From the NCBI RefSeq assembly GCF_036321535.1, contig NC_087463.1, positions 12,462,001 through 12,526,000 of the forward strand: DNA of 64,000 bases. The letters run 5' to 3'. A program made the position numbers and the translations under genes. The number at the start of each line of letters is the position of its first letter. Within the stretch, counting starts at the first letter, position 1. The notes beneath the pieces are model-generated. The model ran no database searches, was not told the origin of the DNA, and saw only the letters and a list, made by a program, of their open reading frames with translations. Shown in pieces: positions 48,143 through 61,591 of this stretch. Source of the stretch: Camelus dromedarius (Eukaryota).

Positions 48143-50419
48143 TTTGGGTATTTATCGAAGGTTAGAATTAAGGAAATAGTCTTACGTGTTATTAACTTGT
48201 CTTCTTTCTTATGGCTCTCACTAAAGATGAATTCTTTTTAAAAAGCACTGTAATTTTTGAAGCCAATTCACAGCCATTTAAAACCCTAGAGATACGCGTT
48301 ATTTAAGTCAGCCTCTTTAATCAAAGCAGGGCAAATGACCAAATGATAACACAGTTAAATTGTTCCCCCTACCCCCAGATTATGAAGAAGGAATCTTTAC
48401 CTCAGTTTTCCAATTTGGTGTGAACCTTCTGTGGAAACTTTTTCAAGATGTATAGAGAATCAAACAGAACTAGATAAAAGGACAAAAATTAAAACTTCAA
48501 AAATTATAGACATTAAGAATTCCGCAGAGTATCTGCCACTTAGATTTTTCTGCTTCAAGTCCGCTTTCAAATTTACAGTTGAAAAAGGTATTAACTACTT
48601 TCAATCCAAAATTATATTTACATTTGTTTTAAGTTCAATAACCATCACATTTCACAGAATTGCATTCTAGCCAGCACACTAATCTTCCTTTTTAAAATGT
48701 TTTGTGAGACTTTAGGATGCGAAAAATTAACATATCATGAAAAGGGCAATTCATTTGAGGATGAAATTTGGATAGGAGAGCTTTCTTTGGTGAATACATT
48801 ATTCGAGCAGGCTAGATTCAAGATGAATCATCTTCAGGTTTTCCTGTTTAAGTTCAAACAGAAAGCAGGCAAATTTAAAAACAAGAAGAAACCTGAAAAT
48901 AAGTTTGATAGCAACTCGTTGGCGATGTTGAGAAGCTGCCACTTTCCCGGCTGATTCTATTTTCTATGCCCATGATGTGGGAGAAAAACGCCAGCGCAGA
49001 AAAAATAAAAAGCTGAAAAAATGGATTTTGATTAGTAAGGGAATGGCACTGATTGTGGATTTCCAGTTTGTCGCATTCTTCTGGCTTTCCTTTCAAAAGC
49101 CTTTTCTCTCACGTTTTGTGCTCCCTGAGTGGCTAACGTGCCCTGATTTGTTGGTTCTGCTTTCAACTCAGGCATTCAGTACCTGTACCTGTGCTTCTCC
49201 ACCTCTTTTGTGGCTCTGCATCTTTTGATGCTGGCGGTTATTTAGGTTTGCTTTTTATTGAGTCCCTAAGATTCCCTGAAAAGATGTCTTTCTTCCAGCT
49301 CATCAGGATACTTAATAGCACATTCAGCTCCATTCAATTCAACTCCACAAATTTTCACTGAGCAGCCTACTATGTGTAGGCAGCTGGTCAGCCCAAGCAG
49401 GGAACGAGTGGTCTCAATTTACGTGCGAGTTCTTCTTAATGCTGCTTCCTTGTGACACCTCACTCCTCTTAATGCCATCATGCACCTTACATTTTGGATA
49501 AACGGCAGCCTAGGTCATTTAGCAATAAACTAAGTCTCACGGTTGAGTAGAGGCTGTACTTCGTGCTGTGTAATGATACCCAATGACCAGAACAGTACAC
49601 TGTCACCTTTCCTGTTTTTGAATTCAGTGACTCAGTCAGTTGGCATTTACTTAGTTAATAAACAGACCGTTTCATGGAGAGCATGCATTAGCATCTGACA
49701 CCGGCTGGCAGATGAGTCTTCTTGATTGATTAAAATATACATTTAAATATATTCCCTTAATTTATATCAGTTGCAAAGTGAGGCAGTTATCTTTATAACT
49801 GCGAGCATTAGCGTAAATTATTTAGGATCTTCATTCTAATTTGCACCATATTATAATACCTATCTTGATCTCTGAACTAAATAAATCATCTGTCCCAAAT
49901 TCTAAGCACACTGACTCCTGAGATTCTTATTTCGCTTTCCCATCTTTGCCTCACAATTCTTCCAAAGGAGACCAGAACATCAAGGAATAGCAGTAAAATT
50001 ACTTGAGTGGAGAAAATAAACTTTAAAGAATGCTGTGGTCATTTTCAGAAGAAAGAGGAGCTTAGATTCTGATTTTTTTTCCTTTGAAATACTTTATCAT
50101 GAATAGAGCTGTCTGAGAACAGAAAATAGTCTAAGCTTTCTCAAGATGTTACAGTTATTTGATTTTGTCATCGTTAATGCTTTTTGGGTTTTGTTTCTAA
50201 TCTGGTTCAAAAAAATCCTTCAATGGCCAATCACTGCTGAGAGTTGATGATGTGGCTGGTTTTGTGCTGGGCTCCATAAGCTGGCTGGTATAAAAAGAAA
50301 CACATGACTTAACTGTGGTCATGTTACAGGAATGAGGCATGCAAGAAATAAGCAAAGAAAAAATATTGTATAGTGTATTTTGTACAAATATATGTAAGGG
50401 CAGCAATTTTTCAAAATAA

Positions 50420-50840
50420 TTTTTGCTTGTGATAAATACATGTTAATTATAGAAGATTTAGAAAATATGGAAAAGGACCAAGAGAAAAATTAAATCACCT
50501 ATAATGTGGTAATTGAAAAATAACCATTATCGATATTTTGATGCTCAGCTTTCTAGACTTATCTGGCTGTATTTTTCTCCCCAAATTATGATTATACTAA
50601 GGTTACTATTTCATAGCCTTCTTTTCCACTTAATGTTATTAACATAAACATATTCCCATGTTGTTAAATATTGCCCTAGAAGGTTTTTAATAACTGCATA
50701 GTATTCCATCATGTGGATAGGATGTAACTAAAGTTAATCAATTCTCATTGTTGAATGCTTTTATCATACATTCTCTGTGAATATTTAAAGCAATACATGA
50801 ATACTTTATGTAAATCTTTGCACATATCTGTAATGGGGAA
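50420..50840 (-). mobile_element. L1ME 3' end fragment
   Basis: ttagaaaatatggaaaag...cttttccacttaatg...ctgcatagtattccatcatgtggata. Confidence 0.65.
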
Positions 50841-50849
50841 ATGATACTG

Positions 50850-51200
50850 TGGTAGCCATTACCAGTGTTCATGAACATCCAGTGTCCTCCACCGCATGGC
50901 CAATTGGAGGAGAGCACTTCCAAATTTCTGCTTAAGATGGGCCATGTGACTCATCTGAGCTAATGGACTGAAACATTTAATAGTCAGTTCATGACTCTCT
51001 CTTTTGCTGTTACAGCAACTGATGAGGCTCTTCACTCCAGGTGGTACAATAGGAGGAGTCTCATCCTCCTGGATCCCCGAGTACCTTGTGGAGCAGACCC
51101 CCTGACAACCCATGTGGAACAAGAGACAGACTCTCATGTTAAATTACTGAGACTTCGGGATTATTTCTGCCACATTATCTAGCCTGGCCTAACTAATACA
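50850..51200 (+). mobile_element. MLT1 (I/J-like) LTR
   Basis: gggccatgtgactcatctgagctaatgg...ggagcagacccc...ctgagacttcgggattatttctgcc...tagcctggcctaactaataca. Confidence 0.75.
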
Positions 51201-52024
51201 TGCATTAATATTTTAATTAGTTCTTTAAATTATGTGATACATTGAGACTAGGTTTCCTTTTGAGAATGAAGATTTTAGCTGGAGGATTTCCGTTTTCCCC
51301 TATAACCTGTCATTATCCTCAGAGTCTTCGTTATAATAATAGATAATATTTATTGAGCACTTATTATATGGTAGATATTTTCTAGGCACAATATGTATAT
51401 CAACAACTCATAACAAGTTATATCAAGAAGAAATTTGATTCTTCTTTCAGAGAATTATTCAGCATCTAAGGCTAAAACACTGTTTTGGGTGCCATGTAGA
51501 TTACAAACTTAGGAAATAGTCAAGTCCTGGAGTATTTTCCCAGCTTAATAAAAGAGGAGAGACAGTTACACCAATGGTCACCAAGAGTGTGCTAAGGTCA
51601 CATGAGGACTGCACACTAAATGCCAGAGCAGGTGGAAGAGAGGGACCAAACAGACTTTCCAGCTGTTGATATATGGCTTCATGGAAGAAGTTATTTCCTA
51701 AAGGGCGTGAAGGATTTTAATATGTGAAATAACAACAAGGTCAGGTCAGAGTAAGAAAGACCAATGTTGGTGTAAAGGAAAAGAGTCAACTATCAGAATG
51801 TTTGTGAGTAGTTTGGAATAACTAGATTAGAGGGTTTATTTTTAGGAAGACTGGAAGACTAGAAAATTAACTTGGGAACTGACCTACAAACAATGATGAA
51901 CACAATCTTACGGGCAGCTTATTTTATACTTTAGCCAGTAGGAAATAAAGGAAAAAGTTTAAGCAAGTTGCAAAACCACATCTGCCCTTTAGGTTGCGTA
52001 AACAAACCTATGTGAATTAGTTTG

Positions 52025-52215
52025 CAAACAGAGAGTTTAGACTGGAGTTCCCAGTCCTGGCTGCACACTGGAATCTCTTGGGGAGCATTAAAAAAACTGA
52101 TGCATTGACCCATTCCCCTCAGATTCTGATGTAATTGGATTAGACATAACCTAGGCATTGGGAATTTTTAAGGCTTCTCAGGTGATACGTGCAGACACGG
52201 TTGACCATTGACCAT
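52025..52215. mobile_element. MER5 (A/B) hAT element
   Basis: gttcccagtcctggctgcacactggaatctcttggggagcattaaaaaaactgatgc...agattctgatgtaattgg...ttctcaggtgat. Confidence 0.75.
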
Positions 52216-52713
52216 TTAGGAGACAATACCCAACACTCATGAAAAATAATGTAACAGTAAAATAGGTAAATAGAGTAGGCACGATGCTTTGCCCTGCGCT
52301 TTTCACCTTGATGAAATAAGGTACAGCATCCTTCAAGATTTCTTATAGTTGCTTTTGTGCCTGGATCTCAAAGAACTGTCCCTGAGGGGCGAGTCATCCA
52401 TAAGGAACACTTGTTTTATGTTACAAGTGTGTTTACACCCTTTGCAATGATTTTTCACCCCAGAGGCTTTTTACACAGTGGGGCAAGAAGATTCAGAGTG
52501 GACAAGATAGGCGTTTCTTCGGTAAAGTGGAGAAATTTCTAAAGAGGAGGCAGGAGAGGAGCACTGCTCCACCACAGACTTGAGGCAGATTAATTGCAGG
52601 GAATAATGTGGTTGAAGATCATGATCAGAAGAGTGATCCCCTTAAAGCTATCTGTGCCTGGGCACCATCTAGAAAACCTTTGCGTGTGCCCTACCCTGAA
52701 GGCTTGTTTAGAT

Positions 52714-52939
52714 AAGGGATCGGCAAAATGTAGCCTGCGGGCCAAATCTGACCTGCTGCCTGCTTTATAAGTAACAGGCTATTGGGACACAGCCATCCAT
52801 GTTCATTCTCTTACATGTTCTCTCTGGCCGCATTCACCCCATGGCAGTAGGACTGAGTAGCTATCACAGAGACTGTAAAATGCCCCAAGCCTAACACCAT
52901 CACTATCTGGACCTTTACTGAAAAGTTTGCCAACTCCTA
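52714..52939 (+). mobile_element. MER58A (hAT-Charlie), full length with an 8-bp TSD
   Basis: Termini agggatcggcaaa ... tttgccaactccta. Flanks gtttagat (52706-52713) and gtctagat (52940-52947) fit the NTCTAGAN target preference. Confidence 0.85.
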
Positions 52940-54199
52940 GTCTAGATACTATAAAATCATGTGAGCAGAGCAGAGAAAGAAAAAGAACTTTGGGTTAGGC
53001 TGGTCAGCCTAAAACCTGCTAGTTAGCTGGAAAACGTTTGGAAAGGTGAAATGAATAAAAATTGGCCAAAAGCATGCTATCACTGTACCAAAGATTAAAA
53101 TGAGGAGTCTAGATCACAAATAAGCAGGCTCATGCTAAACTGTGTAGCCAAGAGAACAATATATGAAGAAGAAAGACCCACGAATAATGCTTTAGTTAAA
53201 ACAGGACGAGCCATTACAAACCCAAGCTATCATCCAACAAGTACAAGGGTAAATCATTCCGCGTCACATGGGCAATTCCCCTGGAAGTCTGAAAGTAGCA
53301 GTTGGCAGTGAATGAGCTCCTTAAGCAGGTTTTAATAAAGGTAGATGTCTTCACGAATGCAACTAATTGATTCAGATATGAAACCCAAGCTCAGTAATGA
53401 AAGGTAAGTGGCATTTAGTTTTCTAATGTGGCTCTGATTTCTCAGAAGACACTAGAGTGGGTAGGTTAACTCCCACTAATTTATTCTTCTATCTGTTATT
53501 TCAGTGCAATGTATATTCAGTCATTCAACGCATTAGCAACAACAGAAACAAACACCAATACTCCACTCAGTTGATTAACTAGGGCTGAGATTATTTTTAG
53601 AAATATTAGAAATGTGACCTTTGTGCGGATGCAATAAATCCAGCGAGGAAGGTTGGGTGTATCTTAGAAGAAGGTCCTAGAAAAACTCCTTTAATGAACT
53701 GAAAGATGTGGTTATATTCACCCAATCAGTTACAGCATTATCAGCGTGTATTAAGGACCTGCCACGTAGAAGACATTGGGTATATCTGAAAGTAGGATGG
53801 CAGTTTTTAAATCTTACCTTTTGATCATGTGGTTCATTTATAATAATTGGGAGAAAATTTTGGTAGGGAGAGTTTTGAATTATTAAAAATTCAAAATTCA
53901 GGGTGTCTAAATTTATTTATTTTTCTCACTTCTAGTCCTGGCTTTAGACTACTTCCAAATGCAACATTCAAAATTTAGTAAGATAAACATTTAATATGTC
54001 TTAGGAAGAGACAGATCTGTAGACTCCACTATACCTTGACATTGGTTCCAAAGTTCCAAAACAAAAAAAAAAGTCTTCAAACCTTTATTTATTATCACTT
54101 GATGTATCAATCAAGGCCCAACAAAGAGGCAAAAATCACATAGTCATTTGAATAGGGACAGTGTAATACAAGGAACAGCTAACAGGGCTGGAGTAACAG

Positions 54200-54800
54200 G
54201 GACTTGATTAGTTAAAGAAAAGAGCAAAGAATACAGGAAGAACAGCTCTGAGGAGCAGCCTCTATGCCTAGGACTGGGATGGAGCACCAAGAGAGACCCG
54301 TCCCCAAACAGGGCTGAGATACAGACCTCACTGAAGAGGGCGTGGCCGTAGCTCAAGGGACAGCAAGAGGAGGCTGAGGTACCACGCAGGCAGGACTTGC
54401 TGGAAATCTGTCCTATTGGGGTGCTGGGGGAAGTAATCCAAGGCTGGTGCCGTGTCTCAGAAATCACTATTGAGTCACCCAAGAAAGTAGTGGGAGAGGA
54501 TGTCCATAAGTCTGTGCCTTGCTGGCAGCCCTCCACTCTGAAGCCATCAGAGGAGGTTCTAGAGAAGCTGCTGGCTGCTGTGGGTCACGTTAAGCTTCAT
54601 GAACTGGGATCTGGAATAGCCTTCCACAACAGGAGCCAAATATTGGGGAAATTGTGCCCTGTAAAAATCTGGCAAGCAAGGCACACCAGAGAGACCCCTT
54701 TTCTCTCCACGGTCCTGCCAGCATTGTCTCGATGACAAAACTTAATACTTTACCAGTTGGCAAAGGAGAAATATTTACAAAGCCCACCTCCATTAGAACA
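54200..54800. mobile_element. Old ERVL-type LTR (LTR33/41-like)
   Basis: The end segment ctctccacggtcctgccagcattgtctcgatgacaaaacttaatactttaccagttggcaaaggagaaatattt resembles ERVL LTR ends as I recall them; family uncertain. Confidence 0.45.
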
Positions 54801-55169
54801 GAGCAGCAGGCAAAGAAGGGCATATTTTGAGCTAAGAGGTAATAAATCAACAAATGCCACACCTGGCTTTCACAACTATGTCTTCAATACGCTGTAGATC
54901 TTGGTCACTGCTGAGAATTTCATGATAATTGTCCATCTCTCCATATAATATCTGGAGGGCTTCTGGTAACCACTTATTCAACAAGTGTCTATTGAGTACC
55001 CTTGGTGAGTCTTGTTTGTTCTCAAAAATCAGGAGTAAAAGATAAAAATTGATAACCCAGGCCATTTTGTACATTTGAGTAGGAGAGGTGAGTGGATCAG
55101 CAGTTGAGTTTAATGAGCTGGGCACTCTACCAGCGCTGTAAATACCCAAAGCCCATGAACCCTAAAGGA

Positions 55170-55330
55170 GAAGAAGCTAAGTCTGCCCTGGAGAAGGGAA
55201 GGGTGAGGATGAGCAGCCTTCTGAAGAGACGGTGGCATCTTATTTGCATCTTGAAAGATGACTGGGGATTTTCCAGGAAGATGGGAGACCTCTTCTGAGG
55301 GTGCAAAACATGCAAAGGTCCAAGGTGCTA
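55170..55330 (-). mobile_element. L2 fragment
   Basis: gaagagacggtggcatcttatttgcatcttgaaagatgactggggatttt...catgcaaaggtccaagg. Confidence 0.55.
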
Positions 55331-56489
55331 AAGATAATGAGTTATTGACTGAAAGACCAGTAGTTCCAGGAGGCTGGATACACCAGAGGAGCTGGCAGCC
55401 AGCTGGCACCCATTCTGATAGAAAAATTAAAACTTTACCTTAAAGGTTTTCTTTTCTCCAGCTCCTGAAACATTTTTTAGAGAAATATACGACTTTCATT
55501 CATCTTCCTAGGGGGTTGAAGATGGTGAAACTAAATGCTTAGATATCGCATAAAAGAATCAAACTGAATGCAAAAGAGAACAAACAGTATTAAAAAAGAA
55601 TTGACTTGCTCTGTTTTTTCCTTTTTTTGTTTTTTAATTCTAATGTGACTCTGGAGAGCAACCAACATAATATATTGGAGGATCAGAACATCTGAGCCAC
55701 ATCAGAGATCAGCCTGCTTTTCACCCAAACCAAAAGAAAAAAATATTGATGAATTAAATAAATGACTCATTGAAAATGACTGAGCATGCAGTATTTTGGT
55801 GAAGGAGGCATGGCAACTGTACTGACCCATATTCTAATTTTGAACCATGGCAAAGGGCAATACAGTTCCCTGGTTTTCAGCTTCAAATTTTAGAAGAGCT
55901 AATAAAGGTTTCACATTATGTTATGGAGATCTGGGGAGACGCCCAGAGCAGAAGAGGAGGGGAGATTGCTGGGGAAGATTCTGTTTCCTTATTTTCTCTA
56001 CTGTAGGGAAAATGTGTGCCCTGAGCATAGAATGGGGAAGGGGTTCTTGCACCCAGATCTCTTGTTGGGACTTGGAAGTCAGGTCCTGTAGCAAATCCTG
56101 TTCTAACGAAGTCATATGCTAGCTCTGACATTTCTGCATGGCTCTAGAGAGACCCATTAAACTGGCTATAAAAGGATTCATGGTTAGCTTGACCCATGGG
56201 TAGAGCAAGGAATCATTTATATAACTGTCTTCTCACAAGCAATGCCACAAATGACTTGAATGCCCTGCTCCATGGGCTGGGATTTTCCCATGCTGCATAA
56301 TTCTCAGTAAATGCTGTAAATATTAAGTAAGTGACTGAGTTAAGCTATTGTCTTCTCCAGAAATCTTCTGCAAACCACACATACCTCTGAGATAGATAAT
56401 AGTGGCTAACATTTATTTGTCACTTCTTCATCCCATGTCTAAACTAGTAAAAAAAAATTATATACTCACTTGATCTTCTGCAAAATAGT

Positions 56490-56640
56490 TTCTTTGAGAA
56501 ACCGTATCTTCCAGATGAGAAAACTGAAGCACAGAGAGATTAAATAATTAGCCCAAGGCCATACAGCTAGTACACATTGAAGATGCTACTTGAAGGCAGG
56601 TGGATTCTAAGGTCTTGGATTGACTCATCACTTGCCATTA
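56490..56640. mobile_element. MIR fragment
   Basis: ccagatgagaaaactgaagcacagagagattaaataattagcccaaggccatacagctag. Confidence 0.75.
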
Positions 56641-56888
56641 AGACCTTAACTAGGATTATGTTGTAGTGCAAATCCTGATGAGTGCTTACATGAACCAAGA
56701 ACTATTTTAAACATTTCATATAACACTTAAGGACAATTTGAAGAAAAAATGAAAGTTCTGATTGGTGCTCAAAAACTTCTATTGACACCCCAGCATCTAC
56801 ACTTGCACCCAGAGTAAGAGCATCATGGCTGAAGTCCCAGATGTAGGAGCACAACATTCTTTTAGGAAACACTGCATCACCATCACTC

Positions 56889-56904
56889 TTGCCACCTAGA
56901 GGGT
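56889..56904 (-). promoter_or_regulatory. Candidate CTCF site
   Basis: The minus strand reads aCCCTCTAGGTGGCAa, close to the core consensus. Confidence 0.45.
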
Positions 56905-56937
56905 GATGTTGTAGAAAAACATAGACATCAAGAACCC

Positions 56938-57629
56938 TGGTGCAGCCACGATGGAAAACAGTATGGAGGTTCCCTAAAAAAGTGAAAGTAGACTTACCAC
57001 GTAATCCAGCAATACCACTCCTGGGTGTATATCTGGAGAAAACTCTAATTTGNNNNNNNNNNNNNNNNNNNNNNNNNNNNNNNNNNNNNNNNNNNNNNNN
57101 NNNNNNNNNNNNNNNNNNNNNNNNNNNNNNNNNNNNNNNNNNNNNNNNNNNNNNNNNNNNNNNNNNNNNNNNNNNNNNNNNNNNNNNNNNNNNNNNNNNN
57201 NNNNNNNNNNNNNNNNNNNNNNNNNNNNNNNNNNNNNNNNNNNNNNNNNNNNNNNNNNNNNTGAAGTAAGTCAGACAAAGACAAATATCATATGATATCA
57301 CTTACATGTGGAATCTAAAAAATGATACAAATGAATTTATTTACAAAACAGAGATAGACTCACAGACATAGAAAACAAATTTATGGTTACCAAAGAGGAA
57401 AGGGAGTGGGGAGGGATAAATGAGAAGTTTGGGATTAGCAGATACAAACTACTATATATAAAATAGATGAACAACAAGGTCCTACTGTATAGCACACAGA
57501 ACTATGTTCAATATCCTTATAATAACCTGTAGTGAAAAATAACATATATGTGTAACTGAATCACTACACTGCACACCAGAAGCTAACACAACATTACAAA
57601 TCAAGTATCCTTCTATAAGAAAAAAAAAA
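56938..57629 (+). mobile_element. 5'-truncated camelid/cetartiodactyl L1 3' end spanning a 209-N gap (57053-57261)
   Basis: ggtgcagccacgatggaaaacagtatggaggttcc (WKTVWRFPKKVK, ORF2 C-terminus), L1 3'UTR and an A tail. Possible decayed TSD aagaaccctg / aggaaccttg. Confidence 0.9.
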
Positions 57630-57939
57630 GGAACCTTGAGTCAAAAAGCTGGTATGAAATGTCAGTTGTGATGAAGTCTAGAAATCCTTGGTTTGTTCAT
57701 TTATCTTATATTTTCCCTTTCATGTATGCCCAAGGGTCATATTTGATTTAAAAAAAAAGACCTATGTCTAAATAAGTCTAAAAGAGCTCTTTGAAGAAAT
57801 AATAAATGAAGATTATAAGTAATGAGAAAGATTATACTGAGAGATTAATTGGCATAATTTTTCTCTAAGTGAAACATAACATGATGCCACTAAGAGTGAG
57901 TGGTATCTTAGATGTGAGGGGCGCACAACAGACCTGATT

Positions 57940-58230
57940 CATTCTCACAATAACCCTAGGAAGTAGGTGTCATCGTTCTTAGCACATAGACACCACAGAG
58001 ATTGCTCTGTTAGAAAGACATAGAGCCTAGATGAAGGTCCAGTCGTGTCAGATCCCACACTCTAGCGTTTTTAGTACCCCGTGTGGCTTCAACAGGGCTA
58101 GGGGCCTGCCACTTACCAGTTCTGCAGGCTTAGACAAGTCATTTAACTTGCCTGGGTTTCAGTCTCTACTTCTGTAAAACAGAGATGCAAACACTTCTAT
58201 CACAGATGTGCCGGGAGGATTAAACGCGGT
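57940..58230. mobile_element. MIR fragments
   Basis: attctcacaataaccctaggaagtagg and ttagacaagtcatttaacttgcctgggtttcagtctctacttctgtaaaacagag. Confidence 0.6.
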
Positions 58231-60048
58231 CAGACTTCCCCACCTTCCAAACCTGTAATTAAAGGAGGCATCTGCCTTGTCAGGAGTTAACCTCGGCCCC
58301 GTGGTGGTTTCCCGAACTGCCTGCCTTTGGTTAGAGCTTGATCGGAAATGTTTTCCTGTGAATGTCCGATCACAACTAGACAGTCAGCATTTCGAGGACA
58401 GGGACTTACTGTTAAAAACCCTGTTGTATCTTTCTAGCATCCCGTGCGCATAACTGGCACTGAGTGGGTATGTGTCTGAGTGAATAAAACAGCGTTTGAA
58501 AAGTTGTGAAGCTTCAGTGCTACTGATGTTATTCCCCGTGAACCTGCTGGAACAGAGGACAGGCTGAGAACAGCATATGCTGCGGATGATTTGGCTGCAA
58601 AAAGCGTGAGACTTTTTAATAAAACTGCACTAGACCACATTCTCTCCCATAATGATATTTATGACATTTTAGGTAGCAGGAGACTCTGGAGAGAGGAAAT
58701 AATAGAACAGGAGATAGAATAAAGAGTTGGAAACTCTGATTTTTTTTTTAAATGCATGGCTACAAAGAGTCCCACTTGCTGTGTGATACATGTCCTTTTC
58801 ATCGTGTACTAAGTCATTGGAGACCTTGCAGAAGGAGCTTCTGTCCTTAGGAAGCAATTTCCAGTCAAGTTCCAAAGTAACGTCAAATAATTATCTTTTT
58901 AAATCCATGTTTATGTATTGTAATTAACTTTAAAATCAGCGTTTCTAATCCCCGGTGCCTAAGAAATTCCCTGGTAGTAAGTTTGTTACTGAGGGAGGGT
59001 TGTTCATTCTGGGCCTGTAAATTTTGTTTAAAATTGAGCCCGTCTTCCTGCTGTTTGTTTAACAGTCCCTGTGTTGTTTGCAGAAAAGGAATGCATCTCC
59101 CTAAATGCACCTAACTCTCTGCCAGCGAATGAGTTGGACACAGGGACCTTGATTTAATACTAAGAAGAAATTTGTACACACGAACACATGGCGACAATGC
59201 AGATCTTTTTTTTTTTTTTTAATAGCTAAGATAGATGTGATTTTACTTTCTGGGTCTTCTCAGCCCAGCTGGGCACCCAAGCCATAGACAGGATGCCTTG
59301 AAGCCCACGTGCAGGCTCGCTGAACTGAGACACTCCACAACCATTGCCATTTGTAGAAGACTTAAAAGCAAATTAATAAGTACAGAGCTGGGGAGTAAAG
59401 ACATGTTTAATAATTCTCATGTATTGCAGGATGGGGATGACACGTAGAAGGAGAAGGAAGCTGAGTGTGAAGTTTGATTTGAAGGATGCTCCCAAATCCT
59501 TCCCCTAATCTCTTCCGACACCTTCCTAATTTCCTACTCCAAATGTCATTTTTTTTAGATAAGGCCCTCTCTCCAAAGTAAAAGTGATACAAAGAACTGA
59601 GTATAAGTCAAACTTAGCCTATAGTCTTGAATTATCCTGAATCTCTTTCCCTTATATGAGGCTCTCTGGGACTGGTCCACAAGTTAGATACATTTTAGCA
59701 TTACAGCTTCAAATCTAAAATGGCCTGGGATAAGAGGTCCAGCCAAAGAGGACTCATCCAGTTGGGGGCCAGCGCTCCATTCTGGGAAGCGTGTGTCCAG
59801 GATTAGAGCAGATACAGCCAGAGGGAGAAGTCAAACCAGCAAAGACCAACTCTTTGTCCTGAACAATGGTGGCCAGCTTGGAGGTGTCACATTCTTTTAA
59901 AATAACTGTACACTCTTCCAATGACTTCCCGCTGTATCTTAATTTGAGAGGCCCTGCAATGTATTATAAAGTGATGGGAACTCATATCCCATTTTAGTGG
60001 GAGGGTCAGCTGTGACCACAAATGACAGCCACACACCATCCAGCTTAC

Positions 60049-60127
60049 CTTCTCAGATTGTAGAATAACCCGCAAAACCAGGGACAGCGGGCTGTGCAAT
60101 ATTACAGATTTCAAAAGCTATAACCAA
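60049..60127 (-). other. Candidate 79-nt non-coding internal exon
   Basis: Minus-strand acceptor caattttctttttataacag| and donor gagaag|gtaagc, both strong. All three frames contain stops and there is no ATG. Confidence 0.5.
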
Positions 60128-60199
60128 CTGTTATAAAAAGAAAATTGAGCCGCATGCTGCATTTTCCCCCTACTTTCCATTAAATCACAACAGAGTGTG

Positions 60200-60680
60200 T
60201 TTGGCCTAATGTCCCCTGCGAGACGGGCTGGGGCGATTTGTGTAGAAATTCTCACTTGACAAGCAGCTGTGGGAGCAGGCTTGCTGGGTTGACAGGCAGA
60301 GCAGAACCCCCTCCACCCAAGAACTGAGGAACAAAAAGCAGATCAATAGACATGATATTGCAAAACACTGCAGCAGGATAAACACAGCTCTCACATCCAT
60401 TTGATTTTTTTCCCTCCCTCATCTGTCAACACAATTGAGAAGTCGCGCTTGCTAATTGTCTTCAATTGGCAGGCTCCACCGACTTCGGAGCCGCGACACT
60501 TGGATGTCACTGTCTCTGCGGCTCGTGGTCGCCAGCCTGGCAGCCTTGGAAGCGGCCTCCGTTCCGGGCGGGCTGCTTGCATCCCCATCACTCGTCTCTG
60601 TCTGGATGAGGCTCACTCCCCACTATGCCGTTCTTCTCATCATTAGCACCGACGACGGGAGAATCTGTGCCATGTTCTCT
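60200..60680. promoter_or_regulatory. Non-repetitive CpG-enriched element (putative distal promoter or enhancer)
   Basis: GC/CpG-rich patch at 60440-60660; TGACA/TGTCA, CAGCTG, ATCAAT, CAATTG and TAATTG motifs; minus-strand donor candidates at 60394-60393 (gtgaga) and about 60617 (gtgagc). Confidence 0.4.
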
Positions 60681-61541
60681 GTATCCAAAATATTTGAGAG
60701 AGGCAAAGAATCCCAGGAAGTCAATGAAAATGCGCTTCTATTGCCAGCTAGCATTCGCAACTGCCAGACTTCCTTGCATTGCAATTAGATTACCCAGCCA
60801 AGGAAGGACAGAGAGGGACCGGTTTCAAACTCAGCTTGCTTTTGTGGCTAAATGGCTATGTTTTAAAAGTGTACACTTGTTCCTCTTCCTAAGAGGTCAC
60901 GCGCCATGGGCTCACTTGCTCTCTCCCTGCAAGGCTGTGAAGTCATCAGCAAATCTTTCAACTCCCCAAAGATGGAAATGGTGAGACACTTCTCCTCTGC
61001 GCACACAGCACGGTGCTCAGCAAATAGTTGGGGGTGAAAAATACTGGCCAGATTGAGCAAAGGAACGTTGGTCCAAGAGGTCATGGAGGAGGGTGAGATG
61101 ACTATATTTTTCTCTAACACTCTGCATAGGTCTGGGTAATTGGTCCAGTCTGGCAGTGCTTGTTCAAGTGGCAGTGCTTTTGCCAGATCCTAGGAAGCAG
61201 ATCTTGAAGAACTTGACAATCAAGGTCTAGCAGGCTGTACGTGTGAACCAGAGTGGGCGGTTCTGGTGCACTTGGTAAGTACACTGATTGAACGCCCCGT
61301 ATTCCAGCCTTGAAAGACCTCTCACTAATTACACCAGCCAGGAGCAATGCTGGGACCTTTCCTAGTTCGTGCCTCTGCTTCCTTCGGACTCCTGGGCTCA
61401 CCGAGCAAGAACTGATCTCCTCTGTTTTGCGAATTGGTGCCTTGAAACGAGCTGGTTTCTCTGAGCTGCTCTACTTTCCCCAGGCACTTTTGCCTTGCTT
61501 TATAATCTCAATCTCTTGCTCTCTTTCTATCTCTGCCTCAG

Positions 61542-61544
<3 letters not shown>

Positions 61545-61584
<40 letters not shown>

Positions 61585-61588
61585 GCAC
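61545..61588. repeat. (CA)n microsatellite ending in CGCA/CGCG units
   Basis: acacacacac...acacgcacacgcgcaca. Confidence 0.9.
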
Positions 61589-61591
61589 AGT

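Noticed and set aside
54144-54862. Overlapping 90-130 aa ORFs
   Set aside because: Fall within an LTR-like repeat.
60916-61189. 274-nt minus-strand exon candidate with one open frame (DLAKALPLEQALPDW...)
   Set aside because: Contains an L2-like segment (actatttgctgagcaccgtgctgtgtg), has no recognisable homology, and such openness is within chance.
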